Notes: generated by a model from the sequence alone, not told the origin. Shown: positions 1 to 10,373, counted from the stretch's first letter. The stretch: DNA of 64,000 nt from an uncultured bacterium (GCA_963708045.1 OY970181.1:67740-131739), one strand, 5' to 3'. A program made the numbers and translations.

Positions 1-241
1 ACTTTGGACAACTGGACTGAGTTTTTATTACCGAACGACCAAATTTTTGACCGTCTAAACCCTAAACCCTAAACGCTATACCCTATCCTTGCCCACGAGG
101 GCACCTCCGTGCTAGGGTGAACATATAATAATGTAACTAATGGACGCCCATTTTTCCTTCTTGTGAATTCTGCAATTTTAGAGAAAATAGAACAAAATGC
201 AGTGCCGCGAGTCGCGGGGAATTTGGCGTCCCCGAATTCTT

Positions 242-1759
242 ATGACTTGGATACTTTTTTTGATCATCGGACTCTTAGCCGGCGCCTTGGTCGGTTATCT
301 AATCCGTCAAACGCTTGCAGGTAAGCGCACTGCGACCGCCGAAGCGAACGCCGAAAAGATTTTAAGCGAGGCCAAAGGCAAGGAACAACAAATTCTCCTT
401 GAAGCCAAAGAAAAAGCCATTAAGGTTTTAGACGAGGTTAAACGCGATGAACAATCGCGCCGCGTTGAGCTTTCCGAATACCAAAAAAAGCTGGAAAAAC
501 GCGAGTCGCTTTTTGACCAAAAAATTCTTGAGCTACAAACGGCGCAACAAAAAATCACCGACAAAGAAAAACAAATTGACGAAGCCAAAGCAAAAATAGA
601 CGCCATGGCCGGCGAAGAGATGAAAAAATTGGAAGCCGTTGCCAAACTTACGACCGAGGAAGCCAAAGAGCGCCTTCTTAAAATCGTTGAGGAGCGCTAC
701 CAAAACGACCTGATGTCGCGCGTCCGAAAATTAGAACAAGAAGACAGTGAAGTTTTGGAAACCAAGGCGCGGGAAATTTTGATGCCGATTATTGAACGCA
801 TGGGCGCCTCGGTCGTTTCCGACACGACGACGACCAACGTCCAACTCCCCTCGGACGACCTAAAGGGACGCATTATCGGCCGCGAAGGACGCAACATTAA
901 AGTCTTAGAATATTTGACTGGCTGCGAAATCGTCGTTGACGACACACCGGGAATGATTACCGTTTCCGGCTTCTCCCCGATTCGCCGACAAATTACCAAA
1001 CGCGCTTTGGACAAACTGCTTAAAGACGGGCGCATTCAACCAGCGCGCATTGAAGGCGCGGTTGAAGAAGCAAAAAAAGAATTGGCGTTGGATATTAAAA
1101 AGTCCGGCGAAGACGCTCTCTTTCAAGTCGGCGTTGCTGGCGTTGATCCCAAACTTGTCCAAATTTTGGGTCGCCTTAAATACCGCACCTCCTACGGACA
1201 AAACGTTCTTAACCACTCTATTGAAGTCGCTTTTATTTCCACGATGCTCGCCGAAGAGCTTGGCGCCAATGTTTCTGTGGCCAAGCGCGGCGGTCTCTTT
1301 CACGACATTGGTAAGGCCGTTGACCACGATGTCCAAGGCGGCCACCCCGAGATCGGCTACAACATTCTTAAAAAATTCGGCATGCCCGAAGAGGTTGCCT
1401 ATAACTCGCTCGGCCACCACGAAGACAAGCCGAAAACGTTGGAAGCGGAAATTGTTAAAGCTGCCGACGCCATTTCCGGCGCTCGTCCTGGCGCGCGCAA
1501 AGATTCGGTTGAACAATATGTTCAGCGTCTTGAAGATTTAGAAAAAACCGCCACTTCTTTCCCGGGCGTAGAAAAAGCGTATGCCATCCAGGCTGGCCGC
1601 GAAATTCGCGTCTTTGTAAAACCGCAGGAAATTGACGACTTTGCCGCTGTCCGCTTGGCGCAAGACGTGGCGCGAAAAATTGAAGCTGAGCTTCAATACC
1701 CTGGAGAAATTCGCGTGACAATTATCCGCGAAACACGCATTGTTGAATACGCCAAGTAA
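242..1759 (+). CDS. rny: Ribonuclease Y
   Basis: N-terminal TM helix, coiled coil, KH motif (KGRIIGREGRNI), HD motif (FHDIGKA). Start moved to ATG 242 (MTWILF). Confidence 0.96.
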   Translation: MTWILFLIIGLLAGALVGYLIRQTLAGKRTATAEANAEKILSEAKGKEQQILLEAKEKAIKVLDEVKRDEQSRRVELSEYQKKLEKRESLFDQKILELQTAQQKITDKEKQIDEAKAKIDAMAGEEMKKLEAVAKLTTEEAKERLLKIVEERYQNDLMSRVRKLEQEDSEVLETKAREILMPIIERMGASVVSDTTTTNVQLPSDDLKGRIIGREGRNIKVLEYLTGCEIVVDDTPGMITVSGFSPIRRQITKRALDKLLKDGRIQPARIEGAVEEAKKELALDIKKSGEDALFQVGVAGVDPKLVQILGRLKYRTSYGQNVLNHSIEVAFISTMLAEELGANVSVAKRGGLFHDIGKAVDHDVQGGHPEIGYNILKKFGMPEEVAYNSLGHHEDKPKTLEAEIVKAADAISGARPGARKDSVEQYVQRLEDLEKTATSFPGVEKAYAIQAGREIRVFVKPQEIDDFAAVRLAQDVARKIEAELQYPGEIRVTIIRETRIVEYAK

Positions 1760-1859
1760 CGACTATTGCAGGTTTGGAAAGAATTTGGTATAATATAGCT
1801 ATAATATATTGGATTAACGAATCCAAATAACTTAATCAATTTAAAAATTAATTAAGAAT

Positions 1860-2177
1860 ATGAATAAAGTTGACTTAGGTAATGCGATCGCCGAAAAATT
1901 CGGTCTCCCAAAAACACAGGGCGTTTCCATTGTGGAAGCGGCTGCCGAGTTTATCACCGAAGAGCTTAAAAAGGGCGGCGAAGTAACGATCGCCGGCTTT
2001 GGCCAGTTCACGTCCAAAGAACGCAAGGGTCGGATTGGCGTTAACCCACGCACCAAGGAAAAAATCACCATCCCCCCAATCCGCGTTCCTAAATTTAAAT
2101 CCGGAAAGAATTTGAAAGAAGCCTTAAAAGGCGAACGCAAACCAGCCGCCGCGCCAGCCGCCGCGCCGACGGTCTAA
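1860..2177 (+). CDS. hup: HU family DNA-binding protein
   Basis: GFGQF..KERKGRIGVNPRTKEKITIP..RVPKFKSGKNLK HU signature. Confidence 0.93.
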   Translation: MNKVDLGNAIAEKFGLPKTQGVSIVEAAAEFITEELKKGGEVTIAGFGQFTSKERKGRIGVNPRTKEKITIPPIRVPKFKSGKNLKEALKGERKPAAAPAAAPTV

Positions 2178-2214
2178 TGGCACGGGGCACTTAGCTAATA
2201 GCAAATAGAATTTT

Positions 2215-2246
2215 AAAAACCCTCTCGCCTTCGCGAGAGGGTTTTT
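2215..2246 (+). terminator. Rho-independent terminator after hup
   Basis: AAAAACCCTCTCGC/GCGAGAGGGTTTTT inverted repeat. Confidence 0.8.
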
Positions 2247-2299
2247 GGTTTACACGGAAGCTTTATATTACGATAGACTTAATAATACATAAAAATGAA

Positions 2300-2345
2300 A
2301 ATTCCCGCACGGTCAATAGAGTTTGAACTCGACCGTGCGGGAATT
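2300..2345 (-). terminator. Terminator hairpin downstream of 2366..2980
   Basis: AATTCCCGCACGGTC/GACCGTGCGGGAATT 15-bp inverted repeat. Confidence 0.65.
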
Positions 2346-2365
2346 GTAATACGTTATGGGGCGAG

Positions 2366-2980
2366 TTAGCCAGGCATATATACAGCTGTCTCAACCTCAG
2401 GAGTTACTTTGTTATCAAGAAAGCTGTGATGCCAACTCCACTCTGTACCATCCCATAAAAGCCAGAGGCAATAGAGCTCGCTTTTGGATTCATTTTCAGG
2501 ATCAGTCCGTCGAAGCGGATCGGCATAAAAATGGATGTACCGAGGTTGGGGACCTTTGATTCCCCATTGTTCACAGAGACGATCACGGTGCGTCCAGCAA
2601 TAGTAAAAATGATTACTACCCAGACAAACAGCCTTCGCTTTCTGTAGACGAGCAACGTGCTCTTTTGTGCTGATTCCTTCTTCTTTGCCGTGGAGCGTCT
2701 TCATGAAAGAAACCTTGCTCAAATCAATCCCGAACGGAGCCTTCGTTAGAAACAGTCCAGTCAAATCAATGACCCAATTGTCTCCAACGAACTCGGCCGG
2801 ATTAAAAGGATAATCAACGCCCTGATTAATGAACCGCGCAAAAAGAGCGCCGGCTTCCTTACAACGAATGAACTCTTGTGCCCTCAACGGGTCAATGTCT
2901 TTATGCGAAACCTTCAACATGAAGGTAGCAAACAACGTGCTGAACTGTTCAATACCCATCGCATTCTCTATCGTATGCAT
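2366..2980 (-). CDS. Hypothetical protein with Trp-rich C-terminus, resembles CPR DGR-target-like families
   Basis: 204-aa ORF with AAGGAGA SD. FNPAEFVG..W..D and LWLLWDGTEWSW patterns; family call from recall. Confidence 0.7.
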   Translation of the reverse strand: MHTIENAMGIEQFSTLFATFMLKVSHKDIDPLRAQEFIRCKEAGALFARFINQGVDYPFNPAEFVGDNWVIDLTGLFLTKAPFGIDLSKVSFMKTLHGKEEGISTKEHVARLQKAKAVCLGSNHFYYCWTHRDRLCEQWGIKGPQPRYIHFYADPLRRTDPENESKSELYCLWLLWDGTEWSWHHSFLDNKVTPEVETAVYMPG

Positions 2981-3163
2981 GATTTCTCCTTGCTGCGGTT
3001 AGGCCGTTGCGCATAATTACGCATTGGGTTAGGCACAGCGCGATACGACCAAAGCCGCATGGCGCTGTGCCCAAAAAAATAACCAACGCCGTAACATAAC
3101 ACAAAACCCCTTGCTGGTCAAGGGGTTTTGTGGGCTTTGTTTTGTTGTGGTATGTGACGCGCG

Positions 3164-3775
3164 CTAAAACCCCAACTTCTCTTTCACCAAAATTACCGTG
3201 ATCCGGCCGTCGGTCATGTCGGAAAAAGTGATCAGCATTTTCTTAAGGTCGCTCCCTGCGTTCCCCATAGCCTTTTGATGCTTGTCTTCCATTGGCAAAG
3301 AATATTCGCGCACGCGCTTGATGCCGTCTTCAAAAGCCGGCACGATCTTTTGGCAACCGACAACAAAAATAGCGTGCGGGGAAAGCATTGCAAAGGCGGG
3401 AATTTGCGAACCAGAGTACGAACCTTGAAAAAGGATACCGTCTTCCGAAAGCGCGTGGGCGCTTGCGAGATAATAACTCGCGGCGGACGATTGTTTGCGC
3501 AAATCCATTTGCTTGGCTTGGTCTTTTTCCGAAAAAATTTTATCTTTCCAATTAACCCAACCGTTTTTCCCCGACTTGAGCAAATCGGAAAACCCGATTT
3601 CTTCCAACGTCACCGAGCCGCCAGTCATTACGTCGGCGCCCGTTGGAATTATTTCTTTAAGTTTCGCGAGCGCTTCGGCGCGACTTGTGACGACCGCGAC
3701 GTTATATTTCTTCGCGGTCAAAGCGGCCGCCGTCTTGTTGATCGCCTCTTCCGAGGCAAGGGTGTCGTAAGACAT
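3164..3775 (-). CDS. LUD domain (lactate utilisation/DUF1121-like) protein
   Basis: GGSVTLEEIG, YLASAHALSEDG, IFVVGCQKIV and C-terminal VKEKLGF motifs. Confidence 0.85.
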   Translation of the reverse strand: MSYDTLASEEAINKTAAALTAKKYNVAVVTSRAEALAKLKEIIPTGADVMTGGSVTLEEIGFSDLLKSGKNGWVNWKDKIFSEKDQAKQMDLRKQSSAASYYLASAHALSEDGILFQGSYSGSQIPAFAMLSPHAIFVVGCQKIVPAFEDGIKRVREYSLPMEDKHQKAMGNAGSDLKKMLITFSDMTDGRITVILVKEKLGF

Positions 3776-3840
3776 ATTTAAAAAATATTTAATATCTAAT
3801 GTCTAATATCTAATCCGACGACAGAGCACCGCATCAAATC

Positions 3841-3945
3841 TGTCATTGCGAGGAGTGAGTGGTAACGAATGACGCGGCAATCTCGCGAATATTGCAACCA
3901 TGGTGATATTCCGATGAGATTGCCGCGCTACCGCTCGCAATGACA
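3841..3945. repeat. GTCATTGCGAG-type palindromic REP/MITE-like element
   Basis: TGTCATTGCGAG...GCGGCAATCTC...GAGATTGCCGC...CTCGCAATGACA nested inverted repeats. Confidence 0.8.
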
Positions 3946-3982
3946 TTAAAAAAACTAAACGCTATACGCTAAACCCTAAACG

Positions 3983-5266
3983 CTAGTGATGATGTTCTTC
4001 CCCACAATCGCAGCCGCCAAAATATGATTCTAATTCTTTACCTAAATCTTTTATTTTAACCATTTTGGCGACGCCCGAGGCGCGGTCTTTTATTTCAACG
4101 GCATCTTCCTTTAGAGTTTTTTCGGAAATAATAATGCGCTTGGGAATACCAATCAGATCGGCGTCGGCGAACTTCTCCCCCGCTCCGCGGTCTTCGCGAT
4201 CGTCATAGAGAACATCCAAGCCGGTTTGCATTAACGCACCATAAAGCGACATCGCTTCTTCTCGCACTTTTTCATCTTTGCTTTTTATTTCAATCAAATG
4301 CAAATCAAATGGCGTAATCGCAGCCGGCCACTTCAAACCATTAGCATCGTTATAAATTTCGGCAATCGTGCCCATCACGCGTGACGGACCAATGCCATAG
4401 CAACCCATCATTACCGGCTGCAACTTACCGGCTTCGTCGGGATATTTAAAACCAAACGGCTCGGTATATTTAGTCTTTAACTTAAAGATATTACCGACTT
4501 CAATTGCTTTTCCTTCGGCAATGACGCCGTCTTTGCATTTCGGACATTTGTCGTCAGCCGCGACTTCGGTAATTTCTTTGTTCTGAGCGTAACGGCACGA
4601 CTTGCAGTAAAAAATCAAATCCTCGCCCGACTCGGTCAGCACCTGAAATTCGTGCGAATATTTTGCAAATGATCCGCCCGACGCTTCAACTAAATACGCA
4701 TCAAGACCGCAGCGCTTGTAAACATTATTGTAAGCAAGAATTGCGCGTTCGTAGAAAGCGTCAAGATCGGCTTCGTCGCGATGAAAGCTGTAAAGATCCT
4801 TCATTGAAAATTCGCGACCGCGAAGCAAACCCGCCTTGGCGCGCGCTTCATTTCTAAATTTATTTTGAATCTGGTAAACCGCGAGCGGCAGGTCTTTGTA
4901 CGACTTAACAAACTTTTGCACGAGCGGGGTGATAATTTCTTCGTGCGTCCAACCAAGCCCGTATTCTTTGTCGCCGTGGCCCTTTAAGTGAAAGAAAACG
5001 TCCTCATCCCAGCGACCAGAGATTTTCCAAGGCTCTTTAGGGGTCAAAGCCGGCAAAGCAACTTCTTCACCGCCAAGCGCGTTCATTTCCTCGCGAATAA
5101 TATTTTTTATTTTGTCGTGAACACGGAGCCCGAGCGGCAAAAAGCTGTACACACCAGCCGTAAGCTGATCAACAAACCCAGCCTTGGTTAAAAGCTCGGC
5201 ATTTTTTGATTCTAATTCAGCAGAAACGTTCTTTACGGTTTTTCCAAAAAGTTTTGAGTACAACAT
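3983..5266 (-). CDS. proS: Prolyl-tRNA synthetase, short form without editing domain
   Basis: FRNEAR..AGLLRGREF.MKDLYSF, IEVGNIFKL, MGCYGIG motifs and anticodon-binding domain. Confidence 0.96.
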   Translation of the reverse strand: MLYSKLFGKTVKNVSAELESKNAELLTKAGFVDQLTAGVYSFLPLGLRVHDKIKNIIREEMNALGGEEVALPALTPKEPWKISGRWDEDVFFHLKGHGDKEYGLGWTHEEIITPLVQKFVKSYKDLPLAVYQIQNKFRNEARAKAGLLRGREFSMKDLYSFHRDEADLDAFYERAILAYNNVYKRCGLDAYLVEASGGSFAKYSHEFQVLTESGEDLIFYCKSCRYAQNKEITEVAADDKCPKCKDGVIAEGKAIEVGNIFKLKTKYTEPFGFKYPDEAGKLQPVMMGCYGIGPSRVMGTIAEIYNDANGLKWPAAITPFDLHLIEIKSKDEKVREEAMSLYGALMQTGLDVLYDDREDRGAGEKFADADLIGIPKRIIISEKTLKEDAVEIKDRASGVAKMVKIKDLGKELESYFGGCDCGEEHHH

Positions 5267-5474
5267 TTTTTAGGGGTTAGGGTTTAGGGGCTAGGGGTTA
5301 GTTTATGAAACATGAAACACACAGCACGAAGCATTATTACCACCCCAATATCCATTGGAGTGGCTAGATGTTTCATAGTTCATTAAATTACCCTTTTTAT
5401 GGTTTTTTGTAAACAAAAGCCGATTGCTTTCGCGATCGGCTTTTGTTTGTGTGTTTTAAATAAAAAATCTTAAA

Positions 5475-7277
5475 TTATTCTTTATTGCTCCGCTTGCGCT
5501 CAAGGTGATCCAAAATTGCCTTACGAATGCGGATAGACTTTGGCGTGGCTTCAACGAGTTCGTCGTCGCCAATGTATTCCAAGGCATCTTCAAGTTCCAT
5601 TGTTCGCGGCGTGTCCAATTTTTCTTGTCCGCCGTCGCCCTTGGAGCGCATATTGGACAAACGTTTTTCTTTGCAAACGTTGACTTCAATATCTTCGGGT
5701 TTGGCGTTTTGTCCGACGACCATTCCCCCGTAAACCTCAACGCCCGGACCGATAAATAACTGTCCGCGTTCTTGCGCCGCCACCATTCCGTAAGTAATGG
5801 ACGTTCCGGCTTCGTAAGCAACGAGCGAGCCGTGTTCAATGCCAGAAAAGTCGCCGCGGTATGGTTCATAACCCAAGAAAAGCGAGTTAATGATGCCAAG
5901 TCCTTTGGTGTCAGTTAAAAATTCATTACGGTAACCAATAAGACCACGCGTCGGGATCGTAAATTCCAAAAAGGTCGTGCCGCGTTCAACCTTCATATCT
6001 TTCATTTCACCGCGGCGCTTGCCCATTTTTTCAATTACCGATCCGGAAAAAGCTTCGGGTGCTTCAATAAAGACTTGTTCCACTGGCTCCGAAGTGACAC
6101 CGTTAATTTCTTTTAAAATCACTTGCGGGCGCGAGACTTGCAATTCAAAACCTTCGCGACGCATTTTTTCAATCAAGATCGCGAGGTGTAATTCGCCGCG
6201 GCCAGACACAACAAAGTGGTCGGCGGAGTCGCCTGGCGCGACGCGCAAAGCAACGTCGGTCTGAAGTTCGCGTTCCAAACGATCTTTAATATTTCGGGAG
6301 GTCGTGTATTTTCCTTCTTTGCCCGAGAACGGCGAAGTGTTGATACCGAAAGTCATTTTAACCGTCGGCTCTTCAATCGCGATTGGCGGAAGTGGGGTTG
6401 GACTTTCAATGTCAGTGATTGATTCGCCAATGGAAATATCGGTAATGCCGGCAATGGCAATAATGTCCCCTGGGACGGCGGCTTCGGTTTCAAGGCGACC
6501 AAGCCCGTCATAAGTCATAACCGAAGTAAGACGAACTTTGGCCGAAGAACCATCGCGGCGCACGTGCAAAACTTCCTGACCCTTTTTAAGCGATCCGGCA
6601 TAAAGACGACCAACGGCAATTTTGCCAATGTAGTTGTCGTAAGCAAGCGACACGGCCAAGTACTGTAACTTAACATTTGGCAACACTGGCGCGGGAATTG
6701 ATTTTAAAATGGTTTCAAAAACCGGAACCACATCGGTCATTTTGGATAGATCCGGTTCTAAGCCGGCTTTGCCCTGTTTGGCCGAAGCATAAATAATCGG
6801 AAAATCGGTTTGTTCGTCGGAGGCACCCAAAGAAACAAAGAGGTCAAAAGTTTTATCCAAAACCCATTCAACGCGCGCGTCGGGTTTGTCAATTTTATTG
6901 ATAACAACAATAACTTTGTGACCAGCGGCAATCGCCTTTTTTAAAACGAATTTAGTCTGCGGCATTGGCCCTTCTTTGGCATCCACGAGCAAAAGCACGC
7001 CGTCAACCATTCGCATAATGCGCTCCACTTCGCCGCCAAAGTCGGCGTGACCAGGCGTGTCCACAATATTGATCTTAAAATCTTTATAATGAATAGCCGC
7101 GTTTTTTGAAAAAATCGTAATACCGCGTTCGCGCTCCAATTCGTTGGAGTCCATAATCAGGTCGGAAACGGCATCTTGTTTAATCTTAAAATCAGCTGAC
7201 TGCTTTAAAAGCGCGTCAACGAGCGTTGTCTTTCCATGGTCTACGTGAGCGATGATGGCGATGTTTCTTATTTCCAT
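5475..7277 (-). CDS. typA: Translational GTPase TypA/BipA
   Basis: RNIAIIAHVDHGKTTLVD, DTPGHADFGGEVER, VSGRGELHL. Confidence 0.97.
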   Translation of the reverse strand: MEIRNIAIIAHVDHGKTTLVDALLKQSADFKIKQDAVSDLIMDSNELERERGITIFSKNAAIHYKDFKINIVDTPGHADFGGEVERIMRMVDGVLLLVDAKEGPMPQTKFVLKKAIAAGHKVIVVINKIDKPDARVEWVLDKTFDLFVSLGASDEQTDFPIIYASAKQGKAGLEPDLSKMTDVVPVFETILKSIPAPVLPNVKLQYLAVSLAYDNYIGKIAVGRLYAGSLKKGQEVLHVRRDGSSAKVRLTSVMTYDGLGRLETEAAVPGDIIAIAGITDISIGESITDIESPTPLPPIAIEEPTVKMTFGINTSPFSGKEGKYTTSRNIKDRLERELQTDVALRVAPGDSADHFVVSGRGELHLAILIEKMRREGFELQVSRPQVILKEINGVTSEPVEQVFIEAPEAFSGSVIEKMGKRRGEMKDMKVERGTTFLEFTIPTRGLIGYRNEFLTDTKGLGIINSLFLGYEPYRGDFSGIEHGSLVAYEAGTSITYGMVAAQERGQLFIGPGVEVYGGMVVGQNAKPEDIEVNVCKEKRLSNMRSKGDGGQEKLDTPRTMELEDALEYIGDDELVEATPKSIRIRKAILDHLERKRSNKE

Positions 7278-7369
7278 AATGAATAAGTTTTATAGAAAAA
7301 ATCCCGCAAGGCGGGACTTTTTCCGAACATAAAGATAGATTAACCTATTTTTAGCCAAATGTCAACTAT

Positions 7370-7963
7370 TTACCGGGTAGCGAGGTCGGCTGTCTTTCCA
7401 GTCGTTAGATCGTACGTCCAAACGTGAAAAGCCGTTTCATTCCCTTTTACCCCAGAAATTACATAAACTGTGCTCCCCGAACTTGCGAGATATGCCGCGA
7501 TAATAGGAGCATAGACCTTATCTTTAACTTCAAAAGAGGTGCGAATACTTTCAAGAATAACCTTTTTGCTCCCATCAGCTGTCGTACAGACAAGTTTGGC
7601 ATCGCCGTTCTTGTCGCCGCTTATATTTTCCGCGTTGCAGGAAGAAATTTTACCAGCGGCGTCGGTACGATTTTTTTCATACAAATTAATTTTGCTTTGC
7701 AAACCGCTCATCCGATGATTTACCGTTTGCAACTGATTGCCGGCGTAGGCGGTATAGCGAACAGCTTGCGTGGTTTTAAAATAAAAAAGTACCGAAGCGG
7801 CAAGCGAGACAAGCGTCACTAAAACCAAAATAAGCGCGCCCATTGTAAAGCCGCCGCGCCCTTCTGGAAGCGAAAGAACGGTCTTGGCCGCGGGCAAGGC
7901 CGCTGGCTCGTTGACCTTGGCCAAAAGTTTTACTTTTTTAACTACTTTTTTCATAATGAACAA
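7370..7963 (-). CDS. Hypothetical single-TM protein
   Basis: 197-aa ORF, one hydrophobic helix followed by coiled coil. Confidence 0.7.
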   Translation of the reverse strand: MFIMKKVVKKVKLLAKVNEPAALPAAKTVLSLPEGRGGFTMGALILVLVTLVSLAASVLFYFKTTQAVRYTAYAGNQLQTVNHRMSGLQSKINLYEKNRTDAAGKISSCNAENISGDKNGDAKLVCTTADGSKKVILESIRTSFEVKDKVYAPIIAAYLASSGSTVYVISGVKGNETAFHVWTYDLTTGKTADLATR

Positions 7964-7978
7964 TTAATATTTTTTGAT

Positions 7979-8263
7979 TTATTTGTTAAGGGAATTTAAT
8001 TGGTCTAAAACAATTCCGTTACTTACGCGCAATTCCACATTGTCCACATAATTTTTTATTTCAGTAACATCAGACTGAAGCGCGGCATCGTAAAGCAAAA
8101 TAGAACCGAGCGCCTGCGACGACAAAACGGAAAAAAATAAAGTTAAGACGGCGGCAAACAAAAATAAAATCTCCGCGTCGGTGTGATAATGTTTTAATTT
8201 TTTAACGGGCATTTTAAGCACAAGTGCTTTCTTTGCCGTCGGTTTTCGTAAGGTGCGTTTCAT
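7979..8263 (-). CDS. Small membrane protein
   Basis: 94-aa ORF, basic N-terminus plus TM helix, adjacent and co-oriented with 7370..7963. Confidence 0.65.
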   Translation of the reverse strand: MKRTLRKPTAKKALVLKMPVKKLKHYHTDAEILFLFAAVLTLFFSVLSSQALGSILLYDAALQSDVTEIKNYVDNVELRVSNGIVLDQLNSLNK

Positions 8264-8365
8264 AAAAAACTAATTAAGAATTTATTATACACCTAAATTA
8301 TGGCTCTTGAAAGAGAAACAGGTTTCTGCTACATTATGAAGGTCTTAACAAGGCCTTTTATTTTT

Positions 8366-8437
8366 GCGCCCTTAGTGAAATGGATATCACGGCAGGCTTC
8401 GAACCTGCTATTGGGGGTTCGAATCCCTCAGGGCGCA
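8366..8437 (+). tRNA. tRNA-Arg(TCG)
   Basis: Acceptor GCGCCC/GGGCGC, anticodon arm GCAGG-CTTCGAA-CCTGC, T-loop GGTTCGAATCC. Confidence 0.95.
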
Positions 8438-8765
8438 GAGGCTAGAGCCGTATCGCGGCTTTGACCTCTGCGCAGTTATGGTGGTCGGTATCGGCGCTAT
8501 CGCTTGATACCAACCCTAGCTCGGAGAAAGTGCAAAACGGTGCGCGATCAAATTGTTTCACAATTAACCTTTGTCGCCGTCTGTTATTAGCTCGAATACG
8601 ATTCGGCTAATAACAGCCGTCAACAAAGTAAAATCACTGCGGTGATTTTGATCGCACACCATTTTGTACTTTCAGTCACTCACAACGGGGTCCGTATCGT
8701 TGATACGATACCGGCCCTCGTTCGGAAAAAAAGTAAAAACACTTTTACTTTTTGTTCCTCACTTC

Positions 8766-8838
8766 GGGTCGGTAGCTCAGCCGGTAGAGCGGAGGACTCT
8801 TAATCCTTAGGTCGTGGGTTCAATCCCCACCCGACCCA
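8766..8838 (+). tRNA. tRNA-Lys(CTT)
   Basis: GGGTCGG/CCGACCC acceptor, TAGCTCAG D-arm, anticodon loop CTCTTAA, GGTTCAATCC T-arm. Confidence 0.95.
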
Positions 8839-8839
8839 T

Positions 8840-8877
8840 AAAAAATATCCCACACTTTCGTGTGGGATATTTTTTAT
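8840..8877 (+). terminator. Terminator after tRNA pair
   Basis: AAAAAATATCCCACAC-TTTC-GTGTGGGATATTTTTT. Confidence 0.8.
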
Positions 8878-8915
8878 TTATTTGATTGTGGGAACGAAAG
8901 AAAACTAAATCAGTA

Positions 8916-9180
8916 ACGAACTCCCCCTACCCCCCCGATGGCCATCGGGGGGCTAAGACTGGTTACAGATTTCATGTCTACCAATGTGCAAAGAGAGGGC
9001 GAGGATAAAATTCTAAAATACAATCTTTTTTACAAAGACAGTGACAAAGGCACGAAAAATCTTAGGCCTCCCTTTGGTAAAAGGGAGGGTAGGGAGAGTT
9101 CTTTTTTATTACGTTAAAATTATTTACGGCGAAACGAACTCCCCCTACCCCCTCTTTTGCAAAGAGTGGGCTAAGACATT
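8916..9180. repeat. Cluster of CTCCCCCT/CCCTCCCTTT REP-like palindromes
   Basis: AACTCCCCCTACCCCC...GGGCTAAGAC occurs twice; CCTCCCTTTGGTAAAAGGGAGGG recurs at 46740-46878. Confidence 0.75.
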
Positions 9181-9270
9181 ACCAGACATATGATTATTGA
9201 CTTTTTATAAAAATAAACTTAAAGTCTTCTCAGTCAAAGCATCATTAACAATCAGCAGAAAGGCCAACCA

Positions 9271-10038
9271 ATGTCCACACTTGCAGACCTGGCAGCAGAA
9301 AACTTCGTGCAACTAGCCGCCAACAAATACCCTGGCCGGATCGTTTTCGCTGGCACGAGCTCTTGGGGCGCGATTCTCCAAGGACTCATCATCACCGTGC
9401 GCAGCAAGCCCAATCAGAATCGCGTCCTCGTTCCAGTGCCCGAGCCGAACCCTAACAACGAAGTAGGAACAGAGTTTGCCGACCCAGTTGCCGCCCACGG
9501 CGTTGATCCAACCAACATTCTCTACTTGGCGATGTCCGAAGATACCCACTCGTTCATAACGAGTAACGGCCAACATACCGCGATCATTTACTCAACGCAT
9601 CGCAACCTCGCCCTAGCCGACGGCCTTATGCAGGCCGGATGGAGGTATGAAGAGGACTCAGCTACAACGCCACGCATCGCCGTCCGCTCTTGGATCGGAT
9701 TGAATAATATCGTTCATACCCAATTCGCTGTTCTCAAAAAATCACTCTTTGACGACAGTGTCGTCGCGAACAACTTCCGCTACGACAACATTCCATCCGG
9801 TTTCGGTTTCTACATCTCAACCTACGAGCACGATGGCAATCCGCCACCTCCGTTCGTCGGCGAGCCGCGGCTGATTCCACTCATCGGATCTGATCTTGCC
9901 GACATCACCGACAGCCTCTGGAACGCTATGAGCCGCGACTATCGCGTGGCGATCGCGGTCAAAGAGATTGACCCCAAAACCTTCAAGTCGTGCACTCACA
10001 TCGTGAACCGCTTTCCAAAGGCTCCGACCGAGCCATAG
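9271..10038 (+). CDS. IMP cyclohydrolase-like protein (PurO-type Ntn fold)
   Basis: YPGRIV, RS..NQNRV, SNGQHT, YE.D..TTPRI motifs. Confidence 0.75.
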   Translation: MSTLADLAAENFVQLAANKYPGRIVFAGTSSWGAILQGLIITVRSKPNQNRVLVPVPEPNPNNEVGTEFADPVAAHGVDPTNILYLAMSEDTHSFITSNGQHTAIIYSTHRNLALADGLMQAGWRYEEDSATTPRIAVRSWIGLNNIVHTQFAVLKKSLFDDSVVANNFRYDNIPSGFGFYISTYEHDGNPPPPFVGEPRLIPLIGSDLADITDSLWNAMSRDYRVAIAVKEIDPKTFKSCTHIVNRFPKAPTEP

Positions 10039-10373
10039 ACTTACGAAGCAAACCCCTCGCAGACAGCGCGCCCGTCCAGTACGGCGCGCTGTTCTCTTTT
10101 GTCTATAAAAATAAAATAAATCAAGCTCATAACAAAACCTCCCATCTTTCTACGATCGTGGAAAGATGGGAGGTTTTAAAATTTAAAATACAGCATCACA
10201 TTAATTCGCGATCGCGAATTAATGTGATGCATAAAAATTTTTTAATAAACATTAATCCGAAGCGAAAAAATAAATTAATAAAAACTTCACCAAAAGGTGA
10301 AGTTTTTATTAATTTTTAAAACTATACCCTTCAGCCAAAGGCTGATCCACCTCAGGCGGAAAACGCTAAAAAA

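Noticed and set aside
56-90. Plant-telomere-like TAAACCC repeats as eukaryotic contamination
   Set aside because: Short and degenerate, and one of many heptamer types embedded between bacterial genes.
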